Positions 1 through 14,442 are shown, numbered from the stretch's first letter. The stretch is DNA of 64,000 bases from Podarcis vaucheri (GCA_965113315.1 OZ220368.1), one strand, 5' to 3'. Notes: a model not told the origin generated them from the letters alone. Numbers and translations: made by a program.

Positions 1-1699
1 GCTTAGTCTGAAACCAAATGACTGATCAATGTGTGCTATATTAGTGGAATTAATCAGTCTCGGAATCGTATTTGTGGATTTGTACATGCAGAGAAAAACC
101 AAGTTTACTGTGCACTAATGGTGCTGAGGTGTGTCCCCCAAAAATTGTCCTACAGGGTGCAGCAGAAGAGCCAATATGGCACCCTCAGATATTGCAGACT
201 CCAACTTTCACCTGCTCTGACCACTGGCCATGTTGGCTGGAGCTAATAGGGGCTGTAGTCCAGGCCATTGGAAGGGCACCACATTGGCTACTCTGGATAA
301 CAGAATGTGCAACTAATATAATCCGTCAAAACGCTGATTAGTAAATTTTGGGGCCTGCTTGTTTTCTTTGTTTTATTAAGATCAAGCCGCCTAGACTACG
401 TAAGCTTGGAGTGGAAAGGAGGAGTTGTCACAGGGTGACAGGGAGAGAGAGGCAGCTTCAGTGATGGAATGTTTAGGGAGAAATGTAATTAGCAAGTTGC
501 TTCACTTTTATGCCCTGCAGAGTGCCTAGCAAAATACTGGTGCAAATGAAATGTGTGACGCATTTCTCCTAAAGCTCCCATTAAATATAATTAAGGTAGA
601 TTGCACCCTAAAATGTGTAGTAGTTGTAGAAATTGTAAATGAAACTGATATAAAGTGCTAGTGCAAAGAGGTGCCCAGTTTGGGCAAAGTGGCGAGGGGA
701 TGTGTGTTCAAAAAGTATGATCAGAATTCAACACACCTTTCTTCCTAGTTGGAAGATCAGCTCAGACCATTATATAATAGTCTAGTTATCATACTGTAAG
801 AAAAATTCTATTGTCTTAGCTACCAGCCCTCCATAACTACACACCTTATCAATAGTTGTGACATTACCTAATAATTGTACGGAGACTATGATTTTTTCAC
901 TTCAGTATGTAAGCAAATTGCTGGTTAAATATGTTAAGAGGGACACGTAGGAGCTTTTCTATGAAACTGGAGTGTTCTTAATGAGGGCCACCCACAACGT
1001 TCTGTTCTGAACTTCCTTGTTCTGGAATAAGAGATTACGTGTTGCCCTAAAATAAAGTCTTATGTAACCACTGGTACCCTGAACATGAACTCTTGCTGCC
1101 TTTGGAACATATTGTTTGCCTTTTCTATCGGCCTCATAACAAACCATAACTGGCCCTTTTGCATACCAAAAGCCTAGACTTCATGGATGCTTTTCACAAA
1201 GTATATTTAAGAGGAAATAAAATCTTCAGTGACTTGCTTTGCTTTGGCCCAGCCCTGAAACTACAAGAGTTAAAGTACAACATTTGCTTTGATGGGCTAC
1301 ATTACATAAACTGAGTAAGTATGTTTATAGTATTTTAGTTTCATAGGCATGGGTCACTTTTAGATGGAAAGCATTCCAATTTCTTTGCTCACTAATACCC
1401 AAAACAGATTACATTCCTTAGAGCCCAAGACACATACTGTAGTCACTAATATTTTCAAATATGAATCTTCATTAACAAGCTACACCATTTCTATGCAATG
1501 TACTTTGTGGCAAGAACAACAAATGAAGATTGATTTGCAAGCACATTTTGTCAAGATGTAAATGATGTGTGTTAAATACTTCCCCGTCCTGAGTAGCAAG
1601 CATCTGAGTTGGTTAGAATAATTCAATTAAAGTAAAAGCCCAGCCAATGCTGCTATTGTTCATGTACGCAAAGGCAGATTATGTATGTAACAGCAGTGG

Positions 1700-1950
1700 G
1701 TGGCATAGTAGGGTGGCCCCAGTCACCTAACTTCTGATTGGTCACATAACATCTGCTTGTGGGGAGGAAGAGGGAGAAGTGGTGAAGAGTTTGGCATAGT
1801 GCAAATGCACCAGCAGAGCCAGTCCATGTTCCTGCTGGTGTGTTTGCACTGTGCTAATCTCTTCACCACCTCCCTCTCCACCTTCTGTGTACTGCCAGCC
1901 ACACAACCGACCAGAAGTCAGGTGAGAAGCAGAGTCCCACCATGCTGTCT
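1700..1950. mobile_element. Old palindromic MITE-like element (related copy at ~5760-6020)
   Basis: long imperfect inverted repeat, arms 1770-1816 and 1832-1876, extending outwards. Confidence 0.55.
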
Positions 1951-2960
1951 GCTGCTGGTATGTATGTATGTATTTATTTATTCATTCATAGCATTTGTAT
2001 CCCACTCTTCAGCCAGAAAGGCTCCCAGAGTGGCTTGCATATCAATATTGATACCTATATATACACAGTAGCTACCAATTACTACAATCCAAAAAGTTAC
2101 AACATAAAAAGAAAACAGGGTGGGGAAGGAAGATGAAATCAAGCAAACTTATGTTACCAGGTTCTCATATCAACTAACTGACATCGAAGCAGATGGGTCT
2201 AAAAACAGGCCTTGTTGGACCCTTGAGAAATAGCCTGGTTTCCCTACCTTCCCTGAGGCATCTGCAGCAGAAATGTGTTGATCTTATGGGGAGTGGTTTG
2301 GCTTTCTGGAGCCTAACTGGCTTCTCTTTACCCCACCATTCAGAACAGATGGTTCTGCTGCTCCATTTCAGTCGGTTCTGAGTGGGGAGTGGGCAAGAGC
2401 AGCCCAGGCTTTCTGGTGAGAGCAGTAGCATGTGGAAATGGCAGTTCCTCACGTCTGCTTGTTCTTTTCCTCACATGGCTGTTAGAAATGATGGGCGGTG
2501 GGGGTGGCAAACCAGTTATTCCCTTTTTAACTTTTCTGCCATGTACACTTTCTGACAGGAGTGCCCTGAACTATTTTTTGCAATGTCTTTGGCTGACAAA
2601 TTGAATTTCTGTGAAACAGATTATCTGACAGGATAATATTGGGCACTCTTTCTTTCTTTTTCTTTTTGAAAGTTTGATGTTTCATTTCCATTCATAAGCA
2701 GAAGTGGAATATTTTGTATACCTCAGTCTAGCACTGTTCATGGGAAATCATTTGCCTCAATATTCCCATTTTCTATTTTTTTGTGTGAACTGCCCTGGGA
2801 TCTTTGGATGAAGAGCAGTGTACAAATTTAATAAATAATAATAACAAGAAGACAGAATATCACCCAGAAACTTTATAAAAATTTCATATCTAGCCTGTCA
2901 ACACTCATATAGTCTTCAGGAACTGTTGCTGAAGTTTTGAAGTATTTATGCATACTTTAA

Positions 2961-3179
<219 letters not shown>

Positions 3180-3619
3180 TAGAGTTCCTTCTTCAGTTTA
3201 CAAGTTGGAAAGTCAAATTTTACCTAGATGGGGCACTATAATTACGTGACGTCTCCCAGTGCCTCTTTCCATGAACTGCCTCATTTAGCTGTTGCCTCCA
3301 CAGAGCCGTCAATGGTATCCTCATCAACTGAGTTCCATAGTAACTCTGTCCTTAAAATTTATTGTGACATGAATTAAAACTGTTGATCCAAATCTAAGAG
3401 ATGATTGCAGCATTTTCACCAGAGGCTGCTGGTGACAACTGTCTTAGCCATTGCTTTGACCTGGTTTTCCAAGTGTAGCAATGGGTCTGGTGAGCAGCCC
3501 AAGGTAGTGAAACCTCCATGTTTTAGCTTCATTCCCTCTTCACAGCTCTACCAAGCGTCATTATTTCAAAAGCCTGCCAACCTTTTCATTATTTCTTGAC
3601 AAAGAAATAGGAAACAGAA

Positions 3620-3790
3620 AATTGCCTTGTATCGCATCAGACCATTGGTCTCCACTGACTGGTGCTTGAACTCCAGAGTTTCAGACTTTTCAGAGTTCCA
3701 GTTTTTTTCAGCCCTGTTTGGAGATACAAGGGATTGAACCTGCAACCGTCTGCATGTAAAACATGTGCTTTGCCGCTAAGCTACAGCCCC
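3620..3790 (-). mobile_element. tRNA-derived SINE (Squam3-like); other copies ~12505-12685(-), 17790-17900(+), 20115-20260(-), 24275-24480(-), 38645-38825(+), 58790-58960(-), 63770-63840(-)
   Basis: reverse strand reads GGGGCTGTAGCTTAGCGG...GGTTCAATCCC (A/B-box-like); dispersed related copies. Confidence 0.7.
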
Positions 3791-6700
3791 GAGGACTTTC
3801 TCAAAAGATTTCCCCCTCTTCCTCTGCATCCCCCACCACACGCAAGTGCAGTTGTTACTTATTTGTTGAATGGGACATTTTCAACACAAGGTAGCACTTC
3901 TGTTGTGGGGATTTCACATTTACCCAGCACTCAAAACTGCTGATTTTTTGCTAAGAAAATTCTGTTTCTGACCCTACTTCTCAGCTATGGTGTCTTTTTG
4001 CAGCTGGGAGTGTTGAGTGAAATATCATTCCTGTCTCCTGAGTGTTTATTGAATAGTGCCCATGGCCCCAAGCAACACAACTCCCCAAGATTCCAGTGCC
4101 ATTTAAAAAGGGGATCAATTTTTTTTTGTTACTTTTGAAGCTGAACGTCAACCTACTAAACAACTCTCCTGGCCTTATGCTGCCTCTCTCCCCCGCACCC
4201 TCCTTCCCATCACAGCAATGTTCATCCATGGACTGTTGGCATTTTGGAGACTGGGCCTTCCAGAGTTAAATCTATATCTCCCACTGATGAATATGTACAT
4301 GCGTGCACACACACGGCTTCCCTCCCCCTTGGTTAATTACATGAGGACAGGGTATCACGCTATTGCTGCTGGATTGGCATTAGCATGAATACGAGTGAGA
4401 GAAGCGTGCGGGCTTTTTTATCATCTGGAAAGGCTTGCAGAGAAAAAGGTGAGACTCCACAAATGGAGGGCGTCTGTGTTCTGTCTCTGGCAGCTCCAGG
4501 GAACGTGACCTTAGTTAAAAGGGGGGGGGAGCCCTTCTGCTGAAAGCTGTCTAACCGCCTTACTGATTCCAGACCCCATTTGCTTCATTATTATTTTTCA
4601 GAGCTCACCGCCTCCAAGATGCTAGAGTTCCAGGAAAGCATAATAACCCAGAGCCATATCCCCTGTGTCTGGGATTTTATTACAGTTTGGAGCTGTTTTA
4701 CTGCTAGTTCACTTCACTCACAATAACAACAACAACAACAATAATGATAATAATAAAAAGCTCCAACTTCATAGTTCCTGCTAGAACTGATGGGATGGGG
4801 GAGACACAAGGGAGCAGCCTCAGATGAGGTTTGCTTGAACTTTCTTTCTGGGATTCATCAGCCTTGGTTCATTCTATTTTACAGACCATTTCCTAGCAAT
4901 AAATTCTCTGGCTTGTAAGTAAAAATATATCTTAACAGGTAGCAGAAGCTATTTGAGAATTTAGGGAATCGTGTGTGTGAGAGAGAGGGGGGGGGTAGAT
5001 GTGGGAGAGAGAAATGTTGATTTTTGCAAAACAGCCAAATTGTAAAGGGTTTTTTTTTAGTCTACGTTTATTTTCAAATTCACTGTTCTTTGAAAACTAT
5101 TTCCTCTTTCAATATAGTTATTTGCAATCCCTCCTGTTCATTATTTGAGTGCTCAGAGCTAGTTAACCATTGCATCCAGACAGTGATTATTGTGATTTTG
5201 GACCTAAGACTGGTCTTAGCCTTCATGTGCAGGGAGCTAATAAGGCTAAGCCACTGCCACTTCCCCACCCCTCTCCACTTAGGGCACAATCCTAAGGGGG
5301 TGTTGCAAGGATCATAGGATATACCAGATCTTTTCCTCTGCCTATGGAGAGGGAGGCCAATGAGCAGATAAGGGGATCTGGTCATACAACCCTCCCTGTT
5401 GCGGGCACAGAAACCCCACTGGCCCTTGCGGCTTTGCTGTTTGTGCTCCGATAATAGTAATGACATGTTGGGAACTCAGCAGAAGAGGCTTTGGATCTAG
5501 CGAATTCAAAGGTCTCTCATTCCTCCAACACATTCCAGGAATTGCCAGGTTGGTGGTGGTGTGTCCAGTGTGCTAGTCCTGGGACTGTACTTACTTTCCA
5601 TCTCAATGGGGCAGGCAGGTGAAGAAAAACACCAGATCAGGGGTAACACACCTTTTTTTCTGCTGGTGTAAACCTACCAAGGTGTTGGATATGACAGTTC
5701 CTCCATCTTGGATTCTCTCTTTCCCATAAGATTGTCCTGCTCAACTTCTCATCCAGATACAGTAGCAGACAGCCTGCTGGGGCAGTACTGCTCACTTTAC
5801 CTCCAGTTGATCACACCATTGCTGCTTACCAAGAAGTAGAGGGTGAGGTGGCAGTGAGGTCAGTGCAGTGCAGACTCACTTGCAAGAGCACCGGATTGAC
5901 TCTGCCAGTGTGTTTGCGCTAGACTGACCTTACTGTGCATTGCCCCTCTACCTCCCAATAAGCAGCAGCAGCACAACCAACCAAGGATCTCGTGAGTGGC
6001 AGCAGCCCACCATTACTACTGTCCAGTCATTGGTTGTTGTCTTAGCCATATAGCTGTCCCTTCTCAACAATTGGTGGCTTCCTGCTCATCTTTAACATAA
6101 CACTTCTGCTTCAGAACAATTCTCTGGGTAGCCTGCGCATTGTGTGCATGACCAACATCAACTTAGGCAACAGAACATGTGCACAAGGATGTATTTTGAG
6201 CAACTGCCTCTGAGGAAGGTGGCTACACTTGAAATGTCATGGTGGGCTACTTACTATACCTACATGGTGGGCTACATTCTTATTATTATAAACAGCTTCA
6301 CATAGCCCCCTTTGAAGTTCATCCCTCTCACCTTTCCGGTGCTATTCTGCTTCCCCCACCCCCCACCCCTAAAATGGCAATGGATGCCACATTCTAGACA
6401 GAACTTAATTGCACATCTGAGTCCCTGCTTGAACTGGTTCCTTTTGGCTCAGTGTGCAGCTAAGCCAAGGTTTGGCTTAGCATGTTTGTTCAAATCAGGG
6501 CTTGTGGTTATTACTGAGGACCCCCTATTTTTCAAACGCCAAGCAGATCAGAAGGAGCAGAGGTTAGATGGGTGCAGGGAGGAGAGGAAGCGGAGTCCCC
6601 TCCACCACAAGGGTTGAGTGGGAGGGGATGGGGGTGCATCAAGCTGCTATCAGTGGGGCAGCCAGCAAAGCTGCATGTCCACTGTGGCTGCTGCTGCTTT

Positions 6701-7423
6701 TCTGCTACTGAGAAAAGCTGCTCCACCTCAGTGCCAGGGGAAGGTAGTGCCACGGTGCCTGGAAGTGAAGGGTGATCAGCTGCCCCATTCTCTGTCAGCC
6801 TGTGGGAAGGCAGCTCATATCAGCAGTGTTATCAGCTAAGATCATTGTGCGATATTGGTGGTGCCTTGAAATTAGCTGCTCTGTTCTCCCTCGTGCGAGG
6901 AGTGATATATTGCCAAGTCAAAATTGTTATCGTGATGTGATTTCAAAACTGATTTTGGCCAATACAGTATATTGAAAAATTGCACACCACTAAAACAGAC
7001 CATAAAATATGTGGTATTACCATGCAAAAATGACAAAGAAATAGTTGGAGGGAAGGGAAGGGATGGGGCCCATGGGTGCATTCCGTGGATTCCCAGGGGT
7101 CCCCGGACCCCTAATTGGGAACCACTGGCCTAGAACAAACCTTGATGACAGCATATGGGGGAAGGAGGAGAGAGATTAATCAGAAGCTCTGGTTCAAATG
7201 GCATGCTAGACCAAATTTTGGTTTAGCTGTTATGCCACGCTGAGCTAAAAGGACCCAGGAGGAGCAAAACTGCTATAGTTCCCTCCCTGAGATCCTACAC
7301 ATTCATGCTAAGCCACGGTTTAGCTTCGTGTTAACGTCACCTGTGTTTTGAACCCAGGAGTACCACCCACCAATTCCATTTCTTCGTTGAGTGGGCATGC
7401 ATTCAACTGTCACAGTTTCTTAA

Positions 7424-7672
<249 letters not shown>

Positions 7673-8512
7673 TGAGCTAGATTTGCTCACAGTTGTGGCC
7701 TGCAACATTGGAATGCTCCTTCTCCTAAGCACACAACATGCTCCAGAGCTAAGAAATTATGGGACAGTTTTCAAGGAAACATGATAGCCAGTCATTTGTT
7801 CTGTTCTCCATAAGAGTAAAAAACAGTTGAAATTCTTTGGAAGATCCTGAGATAGGCATGACTGCATGAGCAGGCCAGATACTAACTGGCCATGCTTTCA
7901 GGCACCCACCCAAGTAGAAAGGGAAGATGCTAAAATACTGCTTCAAAGATAGAAGAGGGACCTGATGCAGAATGGAACTGTATAAATTAGTCTCCACTCC
8001 TATTAACACCTGGCAGCTTTTTATTAAGCAGCAATATAATGAACTTATCTGTTCATTATATTGAACTTATCTGAGGGAACACCCTTAATTCCCTCAGGCT
8101 TTTTTCCTAACTTTCTTAGTACTCAGTATAATTTGTTGGAAAAAAATAATGCAAAAGTTTGTATTGCTGTCTTGATTTAAAAATAAACAAGCAAATGCAT
8201 AAACATGAATTTTAGTTCATCATTCTGAGCACTATAAATGTAGGTTTTCTTACTTTGAAAACAAAGTTTAAAACCAGGTGAAAAAAATGAACTTTGTAGT
8301 GTAGAAGAGGGAATTTTGCCTGCTGAAGTTCCCTGTTTAATGGTTGTGTAAAACAGGAGTTTGTGTATAAAGGAGTTCTGTCTTTTTTCACCTGGACACG
8401 CTGTTTAAAACCCTGCTGTCCTGAAATAGATGTTACTTCAGCATATCTTCAGAGTACATGCAGGAGAGGATCCATAGGTGGGGGGTATTTAAGCTGGTGG
8501 CTGCTTTCCAGG

Positions 8513-8670
8513 GGCCAGCCCTAGACATTTTGCTGCCTGAAGCAAAGGACAAGATGGCTCCTTCCTTTAATGGACAAAAGTCAGTAGGGCTGGCCAGCCC
8601 TAGGCATTTTGCTGCCTGAAGTAAAGGACAAGATGGCTCCTTCCTTTAATGGACAAAAGTCAGTAGGGCT
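8513..8670. repeat. 79-bp tandem duplication (2 copies, 2 mismatches)
   Basis: 8513-8591 vs 8592-8670 compared directly. Confidence 0.95.
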
Positions 8671-10639
8671 GATCAGCATTGTCCACCAGACCTGAGGGCA
8701 CCAGGCAGACCACGTGTCCTTCAACAGAGTAGAATGAACAGGGTCTTGGAAGGAATGGCAAGGGAGAGAGTTGATGCCACTGGTCCCATAACCCAGCATC
8801 TGCTGCCTCACTCTACTGTTTCCATGTGGGTTGTTCCCCTGTCCAGTAGGTTTAATTGGGGTGTCAAGAATATATATATCCCCAAAATCTGCCAGCCCAG
8901 CTTTACAGAAGTAGATTTGTTCAAATTTTCTAATTTGAACAAATTTACTTCTGTAAAGCTGTTTTATCTTTTCTTTCAGGGGGAAGGAAAACCCCAACAT
9001 TTAGGCTGCAATCCTGTGTGCACTCACCATGGAGCAAGCCTAATTGAACTCTGTAGGGCTTCTGCGTAGGCATGCATTGCACTTTTATTAAGATATTTGA
9101 TCAATTTCATTGTAATTTTTTAAAAAATCAAACTCTCATTCAGAAATAAGGTGCAGTAGATTTTTGGGAGATCAACAGCCGAGTCCTCAAAACTGTCATT
9201 TCTAAGATAATGGGAATTTATTCTCACTTCTGTGTTTCCCCCCCTTTTGAATAGGAATGTATGGTAAATTTGTGCTTCCATGCAGTTAACATGGCTAGTC
9301 TATTTTACTGACTCATGTTTAGTTGCTGCCTTTTCACTGTAGAGGCCCTTACAGAAAACAGTTAAAAGCAACATTATAAGAAGTATTAACATTAAATAAT
9401 TGCAGTACAAAAAATGCAATTAAAAACATTTAAATCCAATTAGCTCAAAGACCACAGCCAGGTCTGATGGAAAAGAGACATTTTCCTCAATCGTCTGTAA
9501 ATCCCAGTAGTGCTTAATCCCACTCTGCTAAAGAAATTGTCCCTTCCTATGCTTTACCTCAGCATGACTAATCATAAAAAAGGGAAAGTATTTCTCTTCC
9601 TGTACAAAGACCTTGGAGACACATAGCACTTTGGGCATGCAAAGTGTTAGCTAGCCCTCATACACTTCACCGCTCACTGACATGATACCAGGTCACAACC
9701 CAGGCCTCAAGAGGCAACTGGCTTGGGTCTACAGCTGGGTTCAACATCAAGGCCTGTTTCCTTCTCCAAATCAGCAGCTGTAAGTTCTCCCCTCCCTTCT
9801 GGCTGGGGAAGGCAGCTGCTAACATGTGATGTAGTGCAGGTGTTTTATTCTGACTGCATAAGGCCTGGCCCTAGGGAAGCTGGGCGTGTGCTAGGAGTTG
9901 AGGCGGGAAGAGTTGCTTTATGCTTAGGTTATGGCCCCTTTCATCTCCATCCAGGTTCTGCCTTCATGGCTTACTTTTTATGAGTTTGTGGCAATTAGGT
10001 AAATGAAGCCAATGACGTAAACATGAAGCCAGTAGGCTGGCTGTGGCCAACAGACTGTGCCTTCCAGCGCCAGTGAACTTCCCTTTAGGAAAAGAATAGG
10101 TGGCCCTGGCATCTCCCTCAGCAAAGACTCTACTGGGAAAGCATATTTTCTGCTTGTGGTTACTTCTGAGCATCTCACTGGGAAAGTGGCAGTGGAAAAC
10201 TTGCCACTTCCAGCTCTTTTGCTCCATTTGGGGTTCTTGTTTCAGCCCTGAGATTCAGCCCTTTCACTTGCATACAAAGTTGAGGAATATGTTGGCCCTA
10301 ATCTTGTGACGCACTCCCAAGCTGATACTTCTGTCCTAATTAGTCAGAAACGATTTCCACCTTTCCTCCCCTCCCCAGTTCTGTACTTGTAGTCACTGGC
10401 ACGGTTTAGAACCACTTTTTCACTCATAAACATTATGTACTAAAAGGATGGGGGAAAGATCCCTTTATTCAGGCAGGCAGATAGGCAGTTTTTATCCCAG
10501 CATTCCTCCAAGGAGCTCAGAGCAACATACATGGTTCCCTCTCTTTTATCCTCAACAACCCTGTGAGATAGGTTAGGCTGACAGAAAGGGAGTGTGACTG
10601 GCCCAGTTGTCACCCAGTGAGTTTCATAGCTCTGGAGAT

Positions 10640-10807
10640 CAGTGGTGTAGCGTGGGTTGTCAGCACCCGGGGCAAGGCAAGTAATTTGCGCCCCCTAACC
10701 TGTGGATTTGCGCCCCCTAACCCGTGGATTTGCGCCCCTAACCCTAACCCCCAGATGTTGCGCCCGGTGCGGCCGGCCCCCCCTGCACCCCCCACGCTAC
10801 GCCACTG
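10640..10807. mobile_element. Non-autonomous hAT element with an internal 22-bp x3 repeat, nested in a minus-strand SINE (~10545-10830)
   Basis: 17-bp TIR CAGTGGYGTAGCGTGGG, exact 8-bp TSD CTGGAGAT. Confidence 0.9.
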
Positions 10808-11020
10808 CTGGAGATTTGAAGCTGGGCTTTTACCTTTTTTCAACCTTCATGATTTTTAGTGTAACATTGTGGTTAAGAGTATTAAGGAGTAATTGCTGTG
10901 CATGAAATAATATTGAATATGTGTACTTCAATGCTTATTTTACTTGAGGGGGTTAGGTCTGACAATGCAGCCTGGACTGCAGAGGAAATAATGACAGTTG
11001 GACATATACATATACGTGTG

Positions 11021-11022
<2 letters not shown>

Positions 11023-11053
<31 letters not shown>
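11023..11053. repeat. (CA)n microsatellite
   Basis: direct. Confidence 0.95.
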
Positions 11054-11056
<3 letters not shown>

Positions 11057-11209
11057 TTTGCTTCTGTTAGAACGACTTTGACAAAAGACTGCTGGCAATG
11101 GGTACAGTTTCAAAATCTCTGGTTATTGAGGAAGTAAAATAATCCAGGCCTCAGGGATGTACTGTCTACTTGGTGGAATGTGGCTTATACACTCTTTTCC
11201 TGTTCCCAG

Positions 11210-11326
11210 ATATTGATGAATGCTCCTTTGACAGAACCTGTGACCACATCTGTGTAAACACACCAGGGAGCTTCCAGTGCCTGTGTCACAAAGGCTACAC
11301 ACTCTACGGACTCACCCACTGTGGAG
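11210..11326 (+). CDS. SCUBE3: SCUBE3 exon, Ca-binding EGF ([39 protein letters not shown])
   Basis: cccag acceptor, G|gtatca donor, 117 nt. Confidence 0.95.
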
Positions 11327-14269
11327 GTATCAGTGTGACAGATAAGGATGAATGGGACTTGGCTGTTCTTTGTGACCTCTTTGGCACCTCTTTCTTGAGC
11401 TTTAAACCTTCTACCTCTCTCAGGTATAACTGTCCTCTTTCTGTTCTAATCTGAAGCCTAGTGACCTTTGACCTCCAAGGGACCAGTTCAGACTGGTTTT
11501 CATTTATGGACAGTAAGCTTTGAGAAAGTCTCCATTGCTCATGTAGTTTCTGCTTCACCCAAAGCAGGGTCCTCCCTGTAATTTTGTCAGTAATCATTCA
11601 GCTCTAAGCTGAACACAGAACCTGGAGAATATCAGCAAGCCCAAGAGCTGGATAGAAGTTAGAAAACAGTTCTTGCAAAGGGAGGTTCTTGCACATTGGG
11701 TAAGTAAAGTCATTTTTAAATTCAAAGATGACTAAAAACTGTTCCCATTAATGTGCAAGGTAATATTCATTACCTTTCAGAGGTACCTTTCTTTCAGAAG
11801 ACACTGGTGCTGGCTTCAGTTGGAAATGAGACACTTTACTATGTGATGGTGGATCACAGGCACAGTAAGACAACTGCTGTTATCACAGTAATATAACTCT
11901 CCCGTATCTCATGTTGGATGGAAGTCTTTAGGCAGGATGCTAATAGCTCAGATTGAGGTCAATCCATTGATTGGGATCTTGCATTCTAAACACCGAGGCC
12001 GTGTCTGCTGTCATGCATTGCAGTTTGACATTCCCTCCCACTCCGTGAAGTTGTTAGTAATGAAATTTAGACCGTGTAAAGAAGTGACCATGTAGAGTGG
12101 TGTCTCTGACGTGATACAGCACATTACTGCAGTTTAGACCCAGCAGCTCCTGCCTTCATGGTGCAGACATTAGTAGAATAATGTAGTTCGGGATCAGCTC
12201 ATAACCAGGTTAACAGTGGGTGGCCATACAGGCAGTGAAGTTACCAACATAGACCTGTGAAAATCTGAAAGCACAGACATGGAGAGCCTTTCAGAGTACA
12301 GGTCATTCACTGTTTGTGTACCACAAATTACTGGGTGTCTGGTATCCCAGTGTTTCTGTCTGGATTATACTGGTGGCTTATCCTTTAAGACAGGAAAACA
12401 AAAGCAGGTCTGTTCACTGCAAGGATAAACTCTGCAAATCTAAACACTTGTTGGATCTCACATCATCAGCATAAGCATATGTATGTACAGTATGGTGCTG
12501 TCTATAATGAGTCACACCATTGGGCCATATAGCCCAGAATAATCTGTTCTTATTGACAGTGACTCCCCAGTATCTTGAACAGAGATGTATTCTAATCTTG
12601 CTGAGATCCTTTTGATTGTAATCACTAAGGGTGAAACCTTGGAACTTCTACTTCTAATACATGTGCTCTACTACTGATCTCTTCCCAATGCATCTTAGTG
12701 GCCCTAGTCAGATAATCTTTGTATGGTGAGTTGCTTATTTGATGGATTTTATGGACTGTGTTTGCCCTTGCTTAAGTCTAGCGAATACTATAGTTCATGC
12801 AGAAATATTTCATTTAAATGTTCTTTATAGTCTCTATATAATTTGTCCACAAAACAGCTCTAACACAACAATTCCAGTTTTACACAAAAATTAAACTGAG
12901 ACTTGCCCAAGCCAATGATTGAACCAAGCAAGGGCTGAACAGGTTTCTTAAAGCCTGGCCTACCATTCCTGCACCTGGACCACAAGAGAGATTTCCGCCC
13001 CACCCCCCTCTTTCTTTCTTGTGAGACCACATTTAGTGAATTATGTTTCCTAAAATATGTTTGCTACTCTTTGCAGAGAGTGGCAGGACCAGACATTTGT
13101 CTCTGCGGCTATAAACAAGGTGACAGGAACGATTTGTGTCTTGTCCAGTGGGATGTGAGTAGGGAAAACCCCACTGTGAGTTTTTGGCAGAGGATTTGAG
13201 GTGGGTGGAGGGGAACTTCAGAAAGTTTTATGGTTTCTCAATGGAGGGGGAGGAAAGGGTTGGGGTTGTGCCAGCAAGAAAAATGGAAAGACAGATGGAA
13301 GGCGTGGAGGGGATTGTTGGAGCGTGTTGCTGCAGCAGTGTGGCTTGCCACGATAAATATAAGGGAGAGTTATTTCTCTCAAGATGCCCTAGATTATACA
13401 GACTGAGGCAGATGCATAAACAGACTGCAGCAATTACACGCATACAAACATGCACGCAAGTAAAGTATGCAGACTGGCAAAAGTGAAGTGCACCTGAAAA
13501 ATGAAAACACAAATTCGCCCGTTGAGCTCAATTTGCCACTCCTGTCAAATTGGTGCAGATTCATGGTCTTCAGTGTGGAAAAATCAAAAACGGCAAATCA
13601 CAAATCAAAAACAGCAAATTGTCCGAGTGCCCATGTTGTCACGCAGCTTCGTAAGTATTGTTTAAACTGGATGCTAGACCTTTACTTGATGTCTGTCCAA
13701 AGTGTGCTAACATTCTGTGGCTGCCAAGTACAGATCCCCTCTGTACTTGCTTGAGATGAAGCTGTTTCTGCTTAGGCAACCAATTTTGCTCAGTCCCTTG
13801 CATGATAACAGGCAGAGCCCAGCTATGGATCACAGGTGTGGACACAGAAATCACATTGCGAAGAGACAGTTGTAGATGGAGTGTGTCTGCATCACTAGCA
13901 TATTTTGTGAGAAATGTCACATTTAATTGTCCTGCTAGGAAAGGCTTATTGTATTGAATTAGTTGCTTGCAAAGGAAGGTTTCATTTCATTTTTAATCGT
14001 AGACCTGAGATGCATATGTACAGGAGGCTGCACGCTTCCAGTGTAATATTGCTAAATGGAGGGGGGTGGGGGGAGAGAGAGAGAGAGACTGGAAACGCTC
14101 CTAACAGAAACAAGGGCTAAGTAAAGGTTCCTCCACCCTTTAATCTTATTTTGGTTCTGGGAGTGGGACTGGCGACTATGTACACACCATACATACAGTT
14201 CCCTACGAAAGCTCTGTAATGGATAAACTACAGCTCCCAATATACTTTGCAGGAAGTTATGCACTATAA

Positions 14270-14442
14270 CATTTTTAACAGCGTTTCTGTGCACTGCTCT
14301 GGTTTTGCCAGAAGCGGCTTAGTCATGCTGGCCACATGACCCGGAAGCTGTACTCCGGCTCCCTCGGCCAGTAAAGCGAGATGAGCGCCGCAACCCCAGA
14401 GTCATCTGGGACTGGACCTAACAGTCAGGAGTCCCTTTACCT
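14270..14442 (+). mobile_element. 5'-truncated Sauria/Squam1-like SINE; second 3' fragment at ~35005-35092 (-)
   Basis: recalled body (GCCAGAAGCGGCTTAGTCATGCTGGCCACATGACC), CCTTTACCTT tail, flanking 13-bp direct repeat TTATGCACTATAA. Confidence 0.8.

Noticed and set aside
10684-10752. CRISPR-like array or true interstitial telomere
   Set aside because: Tandem units without unique spacers, only ~2.5 contiguous telomere hexamers, and bounded by hAT TIRs and a TSD in a vertebrate genome
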